The position numbers were made by a program, and so were the translations under genes. A DNA stretch of 62,475 bases, counting the filler, from Choristocarpus tenellus KU-1152 (lineage: Eukaryota; Protista; Phaeophyceae), in NCBI GenBank assembly GCA_964200185.2. It is 13 parts of 13 records of this genome, joined end to end, with 100 filler letters (N's around TTAATTAATTAA, not from the genome) between each part and the next. Parts side by side here need not be neighbours in the genome. Positions count along the whole stretch, not along the records: positions 59,615 to 62,475 come from CAXNAD020024141.1; 12 more parts are not named here. The stretch is one strand, 5' to 3'. Under the pieces are notes generated by a model. It was not told the origin of the DNA, ran no database searches, and was given only the letters and a program-made list of their open reading frames with translations. Shown here one piece after another: positions 60,413-62,475 of this stretch (positions are counted from its first letter, which is position 1; every line of letters begins with the position of its first letter).

Positions 60413-61968
60413 TGGCATCATGGTTAGATTACGGCTCTCACTTCACAACAACTGAAGTTTAATACATTTTTTTTGAAACTGAGGTAGAATAGAGTTAGTT
60501 GGCTGTGTGTGGGAGAAATTGCATTGGAAAGTTCTACTCTTGTGCAAGATATTTGTTTGCTTGTGGTCGTTTTGGCTGGAAGGCGTCCAATTGGAGCAGG
60601 AGGGGAGGGGGGAGGGGGGAGGGGAGGGGAGGTTTTTGAGGAAGTTGTTTGGATGTACTTGTAAGGGACTGCAACACACGTATTTGTTAAATTAAGAAGT
60701 TTAATCTGCCGCCGGTAGGTTTTGGGTGATGGAATTGGTTCACAGCAGGCAGGAAGGCAAAGGGCTATTTTTTTTGTTTGTTGCTTGCAAGAAATATTTA
60801 TGACTTTGAAAAAATAGTGTTATATTTATTCTGTATATTGGAAACGATGACAACTTTACTAGCGTTGAATACGAAGGCGACATCTTGTGAAAGCTGTGAC
60901 ATTTTTCTTTTCTTTTCTTTTCTTTTCTTTTCTGGCAGATGAGAACGGCCTTGGTAAGTTATTGTGTTAGGGTTAAGGTGACATCAACCTTTGAGGGGTA
61001 GGGAACCGTGTTACGGAAAAGAAGACATTTTTAATTCCGTGATAGGAAGAAAAAATAGAAAATCTTTGTGCTTTTTTTGTTTGTTTGTTGAAATTGAGTT
61101 GATAGGATGCATACGCTCGACCTTCTTATAGGCCCTGCGGCATATCTCCTTCTGTTCTGAATTTTTTTCGTAGAATTTTCGGTGCTTTCTAGGACGCACT
61201 ACGTGGCAGGGCAGGAAGATTCAATCGATTATATATATATATATATATATTTTTTTTTTTGGTGGAAGATCAAATAACATCAATTGGGTTCGAAGGACAG
61301 GAAAGACTGTGGTTTTTGTAGTATTGAGGTGTTAGCCAATGGTTTGCGATCAACGAATGACCTCAGCAAGATTGCAAGATATCACTACGTTCTTCATCAC
61401 TGGGGGCAAGCTGGCATTTTGATCAAATGCTGAATCTTTGTTGTGCGGTTGGTTGTGTCTAGATTCAGTGTATTGGGGGACTTTTTTTTTGTCCCCTAAT
61501 GTTGCATCCCCCCGTGCGGCTGTAACGTACACGTATAAATAGTTTTTTGCTCCGTACGATCTTTTATTTTTATTTATTCAAGTAGAAGAAGAAGAAGAAA
61601 AATAAATAAAAGAGGCCAGCCGACTCAAGAAATGCATTTTTTGAACCACGACCAAATACATATACATATACATACACATACACATATACATACACATATA
61701 TACATATATACATATTTCGGCACCATGGCAGAATGTACGTACGCCTCTTACTTAGGCTGTTGAAAACTCTGTGCGATTCAACGCGCGTTTTTGTTTGTTA
61801 CGAGCCGGTTACGAATTTTTGCGTCGCTGGAGGTTATTTTAATAGTTCCTATGTAGTGCCGTACAATTGAGATCACTTTTTTAATTTCCGAATCGAGTTA
61901 GGGTTAGGGTTATCGCTATGGCGAAGCCTGGTACCAGCGCTCTCACAGCGGCGGCGAGCGACGTCCAG

Positions 61969-62001
<33 letters not shown>

Positions 62002-62409
62002 GGGGGGGGGCTGGGCCGGAAGGAGGGGGGGGGAGAGGGGGGGTGTGGNNNNNNNNNNAAGCCTGGTCCCCGCGCTCTCCCAGGGGCGGCGGGCGGCGCC
62101 CAGCCCCCCCCCCCCCCCCTCCATCAGACCGAAGGTGGGCTTTGATCAGAAGAGAAAGTGGGTAGTGTAAGCGAGTGTTTTGACACGCAACCTCTTCCCC
62201 TTTTGGGGGGGGTCTCTCTTGCCCCCCATGCTCTTGCCTTCCGTCTCTTGTTGCGACCCTCTACGTGCCAGCGATGCAGTAACTGCATGCAGCTATTGTC
62301 ATGCCTCTGCAGTGTGGCGGGGATCTGTGTGGAGGACGTGAGGGAAGGGGCACGGGTGCTGGACCTGTGCGCGGAATGTGTGTACATTTGCACGGTGGGG
62401 TGCATGACG
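59914..62409 (+). CDS. PLAC8-family cysteine-rich protein, internal exons
   Basis: Exons 59914-59971 (VYLMDKYRLQPDPWDNRII) and 62272-62409 (RCSNCMQLLSCLCSVAGICVEDVREGARVLDLCAECVYICTVGCMT), phase 0; matches the plant/algal PLAC8-type pattern (CDNCII...LQ..ACI...AD.VY..V..CM). Confidence 0.75.
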
Positions 62410-62475
62410 GTGAGGGGGGCGAGGAGAGGTTTTGCGTTCTACTCTTGTTTTTGAATGAGAGTTATCGGGGGCGGG

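Noticed and set aside
61920-62125. GC-rich tandem duplication with long C/G runs
   Set aside because: The second copy differs mainly by changes to C/G and abuts a 10-N gap; probably low-quality read or assembly artefact

Overview
Eukaryotic nuclear DNA, almost certainly a brown alga (Phaeophyceae): it carries an EsV-1-7 repeat gene, intron-rich genes and brown-algal-type Copia and LINE relics. The window is not one locus. It is 13 short contigs joined by 12 artificial 100-bp linkers (44 N + TTAATTAATTAA + 44 N), so neighbourhood across linkers cannot be trusted. Supported content: an intronless membrane-anchored sulfotransferase-like gene head-to-head with OSCP1; tRNA-Glu(CTC); a nine-repeat EsV-1-7 protein with a Gly/polyQ tail; a PLAC8-family gene fragment; four partial genes of unknown function; many decayed Copia, LINE and hAT-like elements; and about 20 copies of a MITE family with a CAAAGTATCT terminal core and 4-bp TSDs. 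The most interesting item is a five-exon minus-strand gene (about 48.7-51.6 kb) invisible in the ORF track. Spliced by hand, it encodes a PHD finger fused to a prokaryote-type beta-class (N6A/N4C) DNA amino-methyltransferase-like fold with degenerate catalytic motifs and one frameshift. Paralogous TE copies also show clear CpG to TpG/CpA decay, implying cytosine methylation of transposons. All protein assignments are by eye and need profile-search confirmation.
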